Source of the DNA: Piromyces finnis finn
Lineage: Eukaryota > Fungi > Neocallimastigomycota
Direction: 5' to 3'
Assembly (NCBI GenBank): GCA_002104945.1
Contig: MCFH01000004.1
Coordinates: forward strand, 1,364,001-1,428,000
Length of the DNA stretch: 64,000 bases
Program-made: the position numbers and the translations under genes
Notes under the pieces: generated by a model
What the model saw: only the letters and a program-made list of their open reading frames with translations
Databases searched by the model: none
Told to the model about the DNA's origin: nothing
Shown: positions 1-12,651 of the stretch, piece after piece
Numbering within the stretch: the first letter of the stretch is position 1
Layout: each line of letters opens with the position of its first letter

Positions 1-71
1 AAAAGTTATTTTTAATAGGTAAATTTTATAATGAAAGAATTAGTGTAATATGTATAAATTCACTAATATAG

Positions 72-3000
72 ATTTTCTGTATTTCTATTTATATAGCATT
101 TTTATTCTTATTCATAATACCGGCTATTATTTGTGAAATCCCAAGTAATAACGAGGTAAAAAAAAATATATATATTAAATAAGAATAATGTAATAATAAA
201 AAAATTTTGTTTTAAAACTATTCTTATTTAATTATTTTAGGCTGATTTAAAAGTTCAAAATGAAGAAGAAGTAAATATTATGAAAAACTATTAATTTTTT
301 TATTTTTTCTCATTCTTTATTAAAAAACACACACACACATTTATATGAATGTTTCAATTTATATTAATATATTGTTTTTATTATAAATCAGGAATTAAAG
401 TTTAATAATGAAAATATTAATGCTGATAATTCTTTATCCGGCGAAGAAGGTGTACATGATAATAATGATAATATAAATGATTCTATTAAGGAAGAAAAAG
501 TAGAAAATGACATTGTTGATAACAGCGATTCACCAAAAGAAGAAAGTGATAAGATAAAGATAAACAATAAACAGAAAAGTGTAAGTAGTTTTTTATGAAT
601 GATTGAAAAATTGTTATTATAATAGATCAATAGTTGTAATATTCTTATGATATGTAATTTTGTATCTTATATGTATGATGTATTAATGAAATACTTATAA
701 TTTATTCGCAAATTTAAAAAATATTTTTAAGTCAAAGGATGAAAATGAAGGTATTTTAAAATTCTATTTTCTATTTGTAAAAATATAATGAATATAAGAA
801 TGAATACAATTACTAATCAATATAAATATTAATTAATACATAATCAATACATTCTATTCTATACAATTTCTTAATATTTATATCCAGGCTATAAATACTA
901 TGACAAAGCTATGGAGATTCTTGAGACTGTACCAGATAAAGTATATAATAAAAAACCACAAAGAACTTTTGTAGGTATTTTAACTAATGCCTTCAAGAAA
1001 ATTACTGGAAAACCAGAATTTAAATACTATGAAAAGCCAAAAATTAAGGATAGATATTTTGATTTAGATGAAGACATCAGTGATGACGAGCAAGATAATG
1101 ATAAAAAATTAAAGAAAGCTTTGAATTTATTAGAAAAAGCTGGTCTTGATTATAATTTAGAAGAAGCTTTAGAACAATTAGTTGAAATCAATTTCGTAAT
1201 TATCCTTTTTTTTTTTTTTAAATATCTAATATATATATTTTTCCTTTTTTACAATATAATATCAAGATATATTACATAATCGATGATTATTCCTTGATAA
1301 TATATATGATGTTAATATATTATTTTTTTTATTATACTATTAATGAATTCCAATAATAAAACATACAATCCTATCCTATTATTTCATTTTATGTACTTGA
1401 TAGTTTGCAACCCATGGTGCTGTAAGAAATATGCCAGCTGCTTTCAAATACATTAATATTTTATGTACAGAATTTGGAAATGCTGATGCTCTCTATAAAT
1501 TAGGTTTAATATATTCTACTGGTTTAGGTGGTGTTGTTGACAGAGATCAAGCAAAGGTAATATTTTTATAAAAAACTTTATTAAATAATGTGTTATTAAA
1601 GAGAATAAAAATGAACATGATCTTGGCATAATTTTAAAAAATATTAATTTGGTTTTTTTTTTTTTTTTTTTTTTTTTAATGAAATTTAGGCTTTATTATA
1701 TTATACTTTCTCAGCATTAAATGGTAATAAGGAAGCTGAAATGGTTTTAGGTTACAGATATATGCATGGTATTGGTACATCAAGAAATTGTGAAGAAGCT
1801 GTCTGGTATTATTCAAAGATTTCCAAGAGAGGTAGTTTTTTTTTTTTTTTTTTTTTTTAAATAAGAATAATTATAATAATAAATTTATTTTGATATTATG
1901 TATACCTATATACATTTTCTTTAATCGATGAATATTTAATATTTATAATATATAATTTCACAAAATCTAATCCATAAATATGTAGTCATGGATTATTTAG
2001 AATCAGGTCCACCACTTGGTCGTGTTCAACCACAACCAAAACTTAGACTTTCAGATGAAGATGGTGGTATTTATGGTCTTGGTGCAAGTGGTTCTGGTGA
2101 TAAAAAAAGTGAAGTTGAAGATGTTAAACAAAGTTATCCACCAAATGATGTTGTTCAATTCTACAAGTATTCCGCTGATGGTGACAATGGTGATGCTATT
2201 GCTCAAGTATGTAGTATTGCAATATCTTTTTATTATTAAATTTTCTATTCTATCTCGGTTTCATTAACATTTTTAATCTATCTATTTTATGCTATTCATA
2301 GCATACTTTAGGTAGAATTTTCTATTACGGTATTCCAGGTATTCCAGGTATTCCAGTTGATTACGAAAAGGCTTTCTACTATTTCTTAAAGGCTGCTAAA
2401 CAATTACCAAAAACTCCATTAGTTTTAAATGAATTATCAGATGAACAAAAGAAATATTATAATGCTGTTTCCCAATCTGCTGGTTTTGTTGGTTATATGT
2501 ACTGGCGTGGTGAAGGTGTTGAACAAGATATGAAATTAGCCAGAGAATGGTTAGAAAAGGGTTATCATCACGGTGATGCTTATTCTACTAATTATTTAGG
2601 TGTCATGAATCGTGATGGTGTTGCTGGCTTTGAAGTTAATACTAAGGAAGCCTCAAGACTTTTCTCTGATGCTGCTTCAAAAGAAAATACTGAAGCTCAA
2701 ATCAATTTTGGTGATATGTTACTTGAAACTGGTAAAAGAGAAAATCAAAAGCATGCTTTAAAATACTATCAATTAGCTGCTACTATGGGTAATGTTAAAG
2801 GTACTTATCGTTTAGGTAAATTATACCTTGAAGGTTTAGGTGTTATACCACATTGTGAATTTGCTGTTACCTTTTTAAAGAGTGTTTGTGAAAGAGCTAA
2901 TTTTGAAGAAAAGTTTATGGATGAAGCCTATAAAGCTTACAAGAGTGGTGATTTCGATACTGCTATTTTAAAGTATCTTTATGTTGCAGAACAAGGTTAT

Positions 3001-4536
3001 GAAGTTGCTCAAAGTAATTTAGCTTATATTATTGATAAAGGTAATTTTTTTTTTTTATAAAATATTTGAACCATTTAATTACATTGCAAATAATGAGTAA
3101 GAAACTGAAAGAATAACAACAATGGGTCAGTGAAGTTATTTTTCATTAAAAAAATAGACATCATTGAGAAATGATTTCAGTGATTACAATTAGCGTTGTT
3201 ATTAAATTGCATGTAAATTAATATTTTCTCTATATTTATATTTTGTATATACAAATTATTCATTTTTTTTTTTCATAATATTATAAAACTTAATGATCAC
3301 AGAATACTTCCCAACAAGATCACTTTTCCCACATATTGATCCATATGCTGTTGCCTTAATTAATTGGAATAGAGCTGCTAATCAAATGAATACAGATGCT
3401 AGAGTCAAGGTTGGGGATTACTTTTATTATGGATTAGGTACTGATGATATTGGCCTTATTGATGATGATTCCAATGAAGATCTTGAAGAATTAATAAAGA
3501 CAGAAAAAGAACTTAAGAAGCAAGCCGAAAATATTATGAAAGGAGTCTTTGGTAAGGAGGATGAAAATGAAAATGAAAGTGACTTAGATAAGGAAAATGA
3601 AAAATCTGAAAGTAGCAAGGATACCGATAAAAAGGATAATGACAAAGAAAAAGAGGATGCTTCTGGCGCTGCCACCAGTGATGAAAATAAAGAGTCTGAA
3701 AAGGAAGTTGATAAAAAGAAGAAAAAGAATTCTATATTTGATATTGTTATTTATTTAAAGAGAAAATTCTACATTGGTCATGGTACAGTTCTTTATAAGA
3801 AGGCAGTAGCTAATTATCAAGTTGCAGCTGATTTATACAGTTCTATTGCTATGTGGAATTTAGGATGGATGTATGAAAATGGTGTTGGAGTTGAAACCGT
3901 AAGTATCTTTTTTAATAAAGTTATTAAAAAGTTAAAATTTATCCCTAACATGAATCATCCATAATTTAAACATTTTATTTTTTTTTATAGGATTTAAATC
4001 TTGCTAAAAGGTATTATGATAATTCATTAGCCACTAATTCAGAAGCTTCAGTTCCTGTAGGATTATCATTATTTAAATTAAACTTTAAACATTTGCTTCT
4101 TTTCTTAAAGGGAGAAGTTCCTAGTATGTATATTGATAATAAGCCACATCAAACAGTAATGGATCGTTTAAAGCAAGAAAAGAAGAGATTATTAGATCTA
4201 TATGAAAAGATTAATAATGAATTACAAAATCAAAATAATGAAAATGGTCAAGTTGGTGCAGGAGCAGCAGCTGGAGCCAATGCTCAAAATGCTGATGCTC
4301 AACATGGACAAAATAATGCTGGTGGTGGTGATGCTGGTAATGGTGGTAATGATATAGATGATATTGCTAAACAAATTGAAAAGATTTTATTAGAAGAAAT
4401 TGGTGATTTAGAAAACTTGTTAGAAATTGCTTCCATTACAATTTTGGCTGCCTTTGGTGCATTTTTATTATGGTATCGTCAAGTCCGTTTTCCACAACGT
4501 AATCAACAAAGACAACAACAACAACAACAACAATAA
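72..4536 (+). CDS. HRD3: SEL1L/HRD3-like ERAD ubiquitin-ligase adaptor with Sel1 repeats; multi-exon, 5' end probably before or at the window edge
   Basis: In-frame exons ~72-155 (signal-like IFCISIYIAFLFLFIIPAIICE), 241-270, 392-581, 732-750, 888-1194, ~1404-1556, ~1691-1831, ~1986-2208, ~2302-3040, ~3299-3898, 3991-4536. Sel1 repeats include DALYKLGLIYSTGLGGVVDRDQAKALLYY, YLYVAEQGYEVAQSNLAYIID, ARVKVGDYFYYGLGT and AMWNLGWMYENGVGV. A C-terminal TM (ITILAAFGAFLLWYR) is followed by a short polyQ tail. Confidence 0.9.
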
Positions 4537-4575
4537 TCATCATCATCATCATCATCATCACAATACTACTACTAC
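4510..4575 (+). repeat. compound trinucleotide tract (CAA)n-TAA-(TCA)n-(TAC)n spanning the HRD3 stop codon
   Basis: caacaacaacaacaacaacaa taa tcatcatcatcatcatcatcatca caa tactactactac, read directly. Confidence 0.9.
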
Positions 4576-6003
4576 TCACAAGCATCAATTACCATCAAAT
4601 TCTCTTTACCTCCTCACAACCACATTAATTTAGAAATTCCTTTTTAAATTTTTTTTTTATTTTATTTTTTATTTTTTTTGTTATTATATATGAAATGCTT
4701 AATTTACTTTATTTTTTAATTATTAGTATTTAATAAATTTTTAATAATAAATATCATGATCATCATCCTTATTAATATTCCATACTCTTTTGATATTATT
4801 CTATTCTTTACTACTGTTATACTAAAAAAAAAAAAAAAAATGAGCAACTTTTTTTTTTTTCTAAAATCTTTTTTTATATATAATATTTATTATATCATTT
4901 GTATAATTTTTTTTTCCAAAAAGAAATAGCAACTTAAAAATAAATAAATAAAAAAAAAAAAGCATAAAAAAAAAAAAAAGTAAACAACCTTTATAAGAAA
5001 AATCAATCCAACAAATAAAATCAAAATCAAAATAAAATTTTAAACTTTTTATTGTGTTTATTACCTTTATCATTCATTTAATTTTTATATTGAATGATCT
5101 TTTTTACCTTTTTTTTTAAAAATTAAAAAGATTATCTTCCAATGTACATAAAAATAGGACATTTTAGGTATTAAAAGAAAAAAAAAAGTAAAATAAAAAA
5201 CTACATTTTGAAAAAATTTAAATTACCTTTTTTCTTCTTTTTTTTTTATTCTATAAAATTCACAAATATGGAAATTTTAATTTTTAATTTAATTTTTTTT
5301 TTTTTTTGCTATCTATGTAATATTATTGTTTTTTTTTTTTTTATTAATTTCTTAATAAAGTAATATTATATTAATTTAAAATTCCATAATAAGCAATAAA
5401 TAAAAAGACATAGTTTACAAACCAAATATTATTTATTATTCACCTTTTTATTATTAGTATACATCAACCATTTATTTATTTAGTATATTCATTTAATTTC
5501 ATTGTAGTATTTAGTATTAGTATTATGACTAATTACTATATATAGATTTTTATTTTTTTAAATAATAATGCAAGTGACTAATTTATTTACCTTTCTAATT
5601 ACTTATAATACTATCGAATGTCGACTTTACTTTTGCCTAATTACATAAACAATTTATCAACAATTTATATTGTACGTTTTTTTTATATACTATTAAATAA
5701 TACTACATACTACATATATATATATAAAGATATATTTTTTAAATATCAACAAGAATTCATGTTTTTTATTATTGTTTTTTGTTATCATTAAGAATTATAC
5801 ATGAATAAGTAAACAAATAAACAATAGATGCTTAGTAATATTTATTTAATAATACTTTTTTTTTTTATTATCAAATTTTAGGAAATGGCGTAAATAGTTA
5901 TCACAAATTTTAATATATTTTAAAATATTTAGATTTCATATTTATTCTTTTAAAAGAAGCATATACAACTAAATTAATGCAATTAATAGTTTAATATTTT
6001 TAC

Positions 6004-6125
6004 AAAAAAAAAACACAAATAGAATAAGGCATAATGATTTAATGATTTAATATACCCTTTACAAAAAAAAAAAAAAAAAAGAGGTATATTAAATCATTAT
6101 GCATTATTTTATTTGTGTTTTTTTT
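6004..6125. repeat. long imperfect inverted repeat (~45-bp arms) around a poly(A) loop
   Basis: Left arm aaaaacacaaatagaataaggcataatgattt(aatgattt)aatataccctt; reverse complement of right arm is aaaaacacaaataaaataatgcataatgatttaatatacctctt. Confidence 0.85.
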
Positions 6126-8758
6126 ATTTAAAGGCACAATTTTATACCAAAAAATTTTTTAATGATCGCAGCAATTTATGGCTAATTTTTTTGATTTTTA
6201 GTGGTTGGTACAGGTACCAAAAATAGATTAACTTTTTAATTATTTTATTATTTAAAACTTTAATTAAAATCATATATAAAATTAAATTAAAAAAACAAAT
6301 TCATGGTTAGCTTTTAATATATTTATATATATTAATCTAAAACTTAGAATAAATTGATGAAAGTAAATTAAATAATATATTTTTAATAAAATAATATTTT
6401 ATTTGCTGAAACTTTAATATTATTAAATTTTGATGTGAAATCCTTTTAAAATATATTATTATATAATATATTTAATTAAATAATATATATTAATATTAAA
6501 TAAAATAAAATATATATATTAATAATATACTATGGATAAATTATTGAAACATTTAATTAATCCATTTTAATATAGAGTATACTAGAATATATGAAATGGC
6601 GTAGTACCAATAAATAAAAAATTAATTAAAATCTAAACTTTTAAAAAAAAACGGTTGGTAATGAAAATTGTAAAAAATGTATTATTTTTAATTTATTATT
6701 ATTAGTTTTTTTTTTTTTTTTTTACCTATAGGATCAAGCATAGTTTGCTTTAAAAAAATAGAGTAAAATGACAGCAGGTATGCTTTTTATTTTAGGAATG
6801 ATTATTGTAATGCTATGATAGTAAACTATAAAATTTTACATATACATCTTTTTTTTTTTTAATACAGCAATAAATTAAAATTTTAGGTTTAAAATATTTA
6901 TCCAACATAATTATTTTTAGGTAAAATTTTTCATATTTACGCATGCAGTAATTAAATTTTAAATAATAGTAATAAAATAATGAAAGTAATTCTTTTTTAT
7001 TTAATGCTATTAGTTGAAACTTTCTCTGTATGCTATGAGATATAATATAAAAAGAATAGATTTATTATTCTAACTCATAATATAAACTATCACTAGCTTA
7101 TTATTATAACATATAGTAAAAACTACCACTAGCTTATTTATAATATATAAAGCATCGATTTATTATTTTTTTAATAATAAGCTAGTGGTCGTTTTTTCTG
7201 TTCATAAAAAATTTACAAATGTATTACATTTTTAGTTTTTATTTTAATGTTACATTTTAATATTACATTTTAGTGCTACATTTTTTAATGTATTATTACT
7301 TCTAAATAGATTATATTTATTATTTTGTATTATATTATAGATTTAATTTAATAAATAATATTTTATATAATTAAATATTTATTAAGATTATTCAATAAAT
7401 TTTATTTCTATTAAAATCAATATTAAAATATAATTTAAATAAACTTTTTTATATATATATTATATTTTTTGTTGTATACCCAAATATATTGTAACAAATA
7501 ATAAACTATATTAAATTCATCTATCTATTATATTATTCCAATATATATAAATATATTAATTTTATATTATATTTGATGAAAAATATATATCATTTTTTTT
7601 TATGACGTTATTTTATTTTTCAATTTTATAATTTTTTTTTTTTCTTGATTAAATAATTAATATTAGGATTCTTTTTTCACTTAAAATTATTATTTTTTTT
7701 TAATAATAATAATAAATAAATAAAAAAAAAGCTTTTATTTCTTTATTTATTGTATTATCATTTACAGAATCTAGATATTTATCTTTATAGTTTTTTTTGT
7801 AATCAATTTTTCAATATTTATTCAATCAATATTTTTAATTATAAGGGAATCTGTAATGGAATAGATTAAACAAGAAAAAAAAATAGCGTTAAAGAAAAAG
7901 AAATAATCCTTTAAAAATAATATTTACATAATTATTAAAAAAAAAAAAAAAAAAAATCGAAACAAATAAACAAAGATCAGATAAAAAACAAACCTTTTTT
8001 ATTATAAAATATATAAAATAAAAAATACAAAAATTTAAACATTTAAAAAACTAAAGTAAAAAATATAAATAATAATAATAAAAAATAAAGAATAAATAAA
8101 AAGAATAACAATAAAAAGTGCTTCAAAAAAAAAATAAAGTTTCCTCTTTTATCAAAATATAATAAAAGGAAACGGCTAAATAAAAATAAAAAATTAGATT
8201 AAATATATTTGATTTAACAACATATCATACATTAATATAATGAATAAATTCTTAATATATTAATAACAATATATATAAGACTTTATAAAACAAAAATCAA
8301 AATACATATTTTATTATCATGTATAGAGCAAAAAAGTTAAATATCTTTTTATAGGACCATTTGACTTTTTTTCTAACAAAAATAAACGAACAAACAAAAT
8401 TTATATATTTAATAATATAAAATTATACATATTTATTAAAAATCGTTATATTGCCTAATTTTTAATACAAATAATACAAATAATTCAAATATTTGTAAAT
8501 AAATAAGAAATAATAGAATAGAATATACATTTATATAAAATAAAAAAAGTAAACGTAATAATTTGTAATATCGAATTAAATAGTCTTACTATTTTATTTA
8601 AGCATAAAAACAAACAAACAAAAAAAATAAAACCTTCAAATAATTAATTTAATAATAGAATATAAAGGTATATAAAGTTTTTTTTTTTGATACAAATAAA
8701 AAATTCCAAATAAAAATATTTATTAAATTATTTGTATAAACAATAATAAATAGTAACC

Positions 8759-11700
8759 ATGAATGTTGCATGTGAAGATGCCATGTTAGTACAACCAAAT
8801 GAAGATTCTTCTTCATACATAAAAAACGAAAAATATTACTCATATAATAATTTAGCAAGAAAAAGTATAAAAAATGCTGAACAAGAAGCTAAAAATATAA
8901 ATAGATTAAAAAGGTATTTTTTTAAAAGATATTAAATATATATTTAAAATTATTTTTTTTTCAAATATAATAGATTATTCAAGCTATAAATTCAATACTT
9001 ATTTTTGTATATATGTAAATATATTAGTCTTAGCACTTCATCATATAGTTTTAAGCCAGAGACTATCAAATCGTTATCATTAGATAATGTTTCTGAAGAA
9101 GTTGTAGAACCAAAACGTAATTTAACAATCGATACTAAGCTTAAACACGATAAATCAAACGAGCAAATCTCAATTTTTCAAATGGATAGAGAAGACAGTA
9201 AGGATATTTCAACTAGTAATAATTCAATAAATAATAAGGGCAATTCAAATCAAATTCCAACTAATAAAAATTCTATTGATTCTAATACATTAAATAAAGA
9301 ACAACCAAAAACAGCTATAGAACCAGTCATGGCCAACCTTAATACAAAACTTTGTATGACTCCAGAAAGTGAGTACAATTTTTAAATAGTATTTTATTCA
9401 ACAATTATAATTCTTAAAATTCTTTATTATTTACAATTAATCATTTTACTATTTTAATAGCTGTTTTAAGAACCAAATATGATATATTAACCTCATATGA
9501 AAGAGTAGAAATACGAGATTATGAAGAAATTTGGTATATTGGTTCAAGCAGTGTTCAAAAGATTGATATTGCTTACAAGAAACCACTTGAAAAAAAGCAT
9601 GGTGAAAAACCAGAAGTTGTTAATAATGGTAATATATTAAATATTTAATAAATGAACTATTTTTTTTTTAAAAAATTAAAGAAATAGAATATTTATGATA
9701 TATTTAATTTTGTATAGGCTATGATGATTCAAGGGGTGACTATCATATTGTATTACATGATCATATCAATTACCGTTATGAAGTTATATCGCTTTTAGGT
9801 AAAGGTTCATTTGGTAAGGTATTAAAATGCTATGATCACAAAGAAAAGAATTACGTTGCTGTAAAAATCATTAAAAATAAGAAAAGATTTGAAAAACAAG
9901 GTATGGTTGAAGTAAAAGTGTTAGATGCCATCAGATCAAGGGATCCAGAAGATGTTATGAATAGTTATAATATAAAATTTATTGAATCATTTTACTTTAG
10001 AGGTCATTTATGTATTGTAAATGAATTACTTGGTATTAATTTATATGAATGGATTAAAAATGGTGGATTTAGAGGTGTCACTATATCCATGATTAGACAG
10101 TAAGTTTTGATATAAATTTTTATTATTGTTATATAAATATTAATAATTATTTTATTAAAAAATAATAGTATTACCAAGGAAATATTAACCTCCTTAAAGG
10201 TATTAGAAGATAAGAAAATTGTTCATTGTGATTTAAAGCCAGAGGTAAATGATGCAAATTTTTTTATTCGTATTATGTAATGCATATATGAATATTTAAA
10301 AAAAAAATTTTTTTTTTTCATAATCAAATATTTTTAATATTATTAATTCGGTTTTTATTGAATGATAAAATTAAAATAATTAATTTTTTTTACAATAATT
10401 ATAGAATATTTTATTAAGAGACCCAATGCAAATAAAGCCAAGTTTAAGCTCACAGGATCTTGATAAAATAGGAATTAAGGTTATAGATTTTGGTAGTAGT
10501 TGCTATGAACATGAACGAATTTATACTTATGTTCAAAGTAGATTTTATCGTAGTCCAGAAGTTATTTTAGGAATTCCATACAATATGAGTATTGATATGT
10601 GGAGTGTAGGTTGTATTTTGGCTGAATTATATTCTGGTTATCCTATTTTCCCAGGTGAAAATGAAGAAGAACAATTAGCTTGTATTATGGAAATTATGGG
10701 TGCTCCAGCTCCATATATTGTTGAACAAGGTTCTAGAAAGAAGAATTTCTTTGATGCTAATAATAATCCAAAAATTATAGCCAACTCAAAGGGTAAGAAG
10801 AGAAGACCAGGAACTTTATCATTGGCGACTGTTTTAAGATGCCGTGATAATACTTTCTTGGACTTTATAACTCAATGTCTTCAATGGGATCCAGAAAAGA
10901 GATTAACTCCAAGTCAAGGTCTTCAACATGAATTTATTACAAAATTGAATAAAAAGAGTACTTCTGATGCTACCAAGAATATTTCTACCAATTCTATGTT
11001 TAGTACTTTTGAAGAATTTAAAAACATGAACAATATACAAAAGTCAAAATCAGCAACTCCACATTCATCTGGATTAAGTAAGTCTAAATCTAGCTCCTCC
11101 ACTCAAAATATTGTTGCTCCAAAAACAGAAACAAAGACTTACAGTAATCTTAAACATACTTCAACACAATATAGCACACCAAATGTTACTCGTAGTTCAT
11201 TATTAAAGAGTAATACGGTTAATGCAACATCTATTCCAAATGGTAGAAAAAGTAGTGGAAGTAATCTTCCAAAAATTTCATCAATTACAGATGACAATGC
11301 TCATGCTATTCAAATTCGTAAGAGTACTGGTAATCTTATTAATTATAGTGAATCAAGTAGTAGTAATAGTGGTAAGGTTGCAAAAATTATTGCCGCTGCT
11401 GAGCAAAAGACCTTAAGTACTCCAAAAAGCTATATAAAGAAAGATAGCTCACTTGCCATTGAAACTATTAAGAATGTCAGAAGACCATCTGTTAAAGAAA
11501 TGGCATTTGCAAAGGATAATATTGAACGTGCTAATAATTTATTTAAAGCATCAAAATCAGTAACAAAGGAAAGTACCTCATCCCAAAAGAAAACCAATTC
11601 TTTATTGGATGTTAACAATAAGCTTAATGCTAAAGCTAAAGCAAGAAAGAATTCATTATCAATTAATGTTAGTCAACTTGGTATTAGTAGTAGCACTCAA

Positions 11701-12651
11701 TCTAAATCAGCCTATCCTAAATTATCATCTGGTTTCTTTGGATCAAGTTCCAAAGAAGTTAATGAAAGTAGTGAATCTGGTAATAAACAAAGAAAGTATT
11801 CCTTATTATCAAAATCATTGAATCCATCTATTGAATCAATTCTTTCCAAGAGTCATTCTTCCGAATCAACTAATGTTGATGAAATGAATAAATTAGATTT
11901 CAAAAAAATCGATATTTTTGACAATAATAATAATAATAATCAATCCAGTTCAATAAAGCAACCAACTTCTTATTCATTGAAAAGATCAAGTTCTTCTGGA
12001 AATATGTTATTAAGTAGTATTCAATCTATAAGGAAGACATTAAACGCCCAAACTAGTAATAGTACACCAAGTGTTAATTCTACTTCCAATAGTAATTCAA
12101 CTAGTAGTTCAAAATATTCATCCTCTATACCAACAAGTACTGTAAAACTATTACCTATAAATAATACTAATACTAATAATAATTCAATTATTGGTAATAA
12201 TTCATCATTTTCATCTACTATTTCTTCATCTTCATCATCTACATTAGTTAATGATGATAATTATGATACCCAAACAACCCAACAATCAAATAATATTAAT
12301 TCACTATCACTTCTCACTCAAGATGCTCCAGTTGTCAAAACAAGACAAAGAGCTTATTCTCATTCAGTATATCAATCAAGTCAAGGTTCATCAATACCAA
12401 GATTAGCATCTATCTATAAGAATAGTTCCAATAATATTACAAAGACCATTAATAAAATTAATAGCAATATTGAAAGTCATAATTCAATTACCAGTAATAA
12501 AGAAAGGGATTTTAGCAGTACAATCAAAACTGCTGGTTTAGTAACTAAAAGAAAGAGTACTTTTTCATTAAAAGCTAAAGCATCACAAGCTACCCAATCA
12601 ACACAAACTCAAACCAGCACTTCAAATAATCTACCAAGATGGAGAATATAA
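8759..12651 (+). CDS. class-2 DYRK dual-specificity kinase (DYRK2/3/4, Pom1-like) with a long Ser/Thr/Asn-rich C-terminal tail
   Basis: NAPA-like LTSYERVEIRDYEEIWYIG, DH box YDDSRGDY, GKGSFGKV, VAVKIIKNKKRF, HCDLKPE|NILL, KVIDFGSSC and activation loop RIYTYVQSRFYRSPEVILG. About 7 exons; last exon is ORF 10426-12651. The ATG at 8759 is inferred. Confidence 0.92.
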
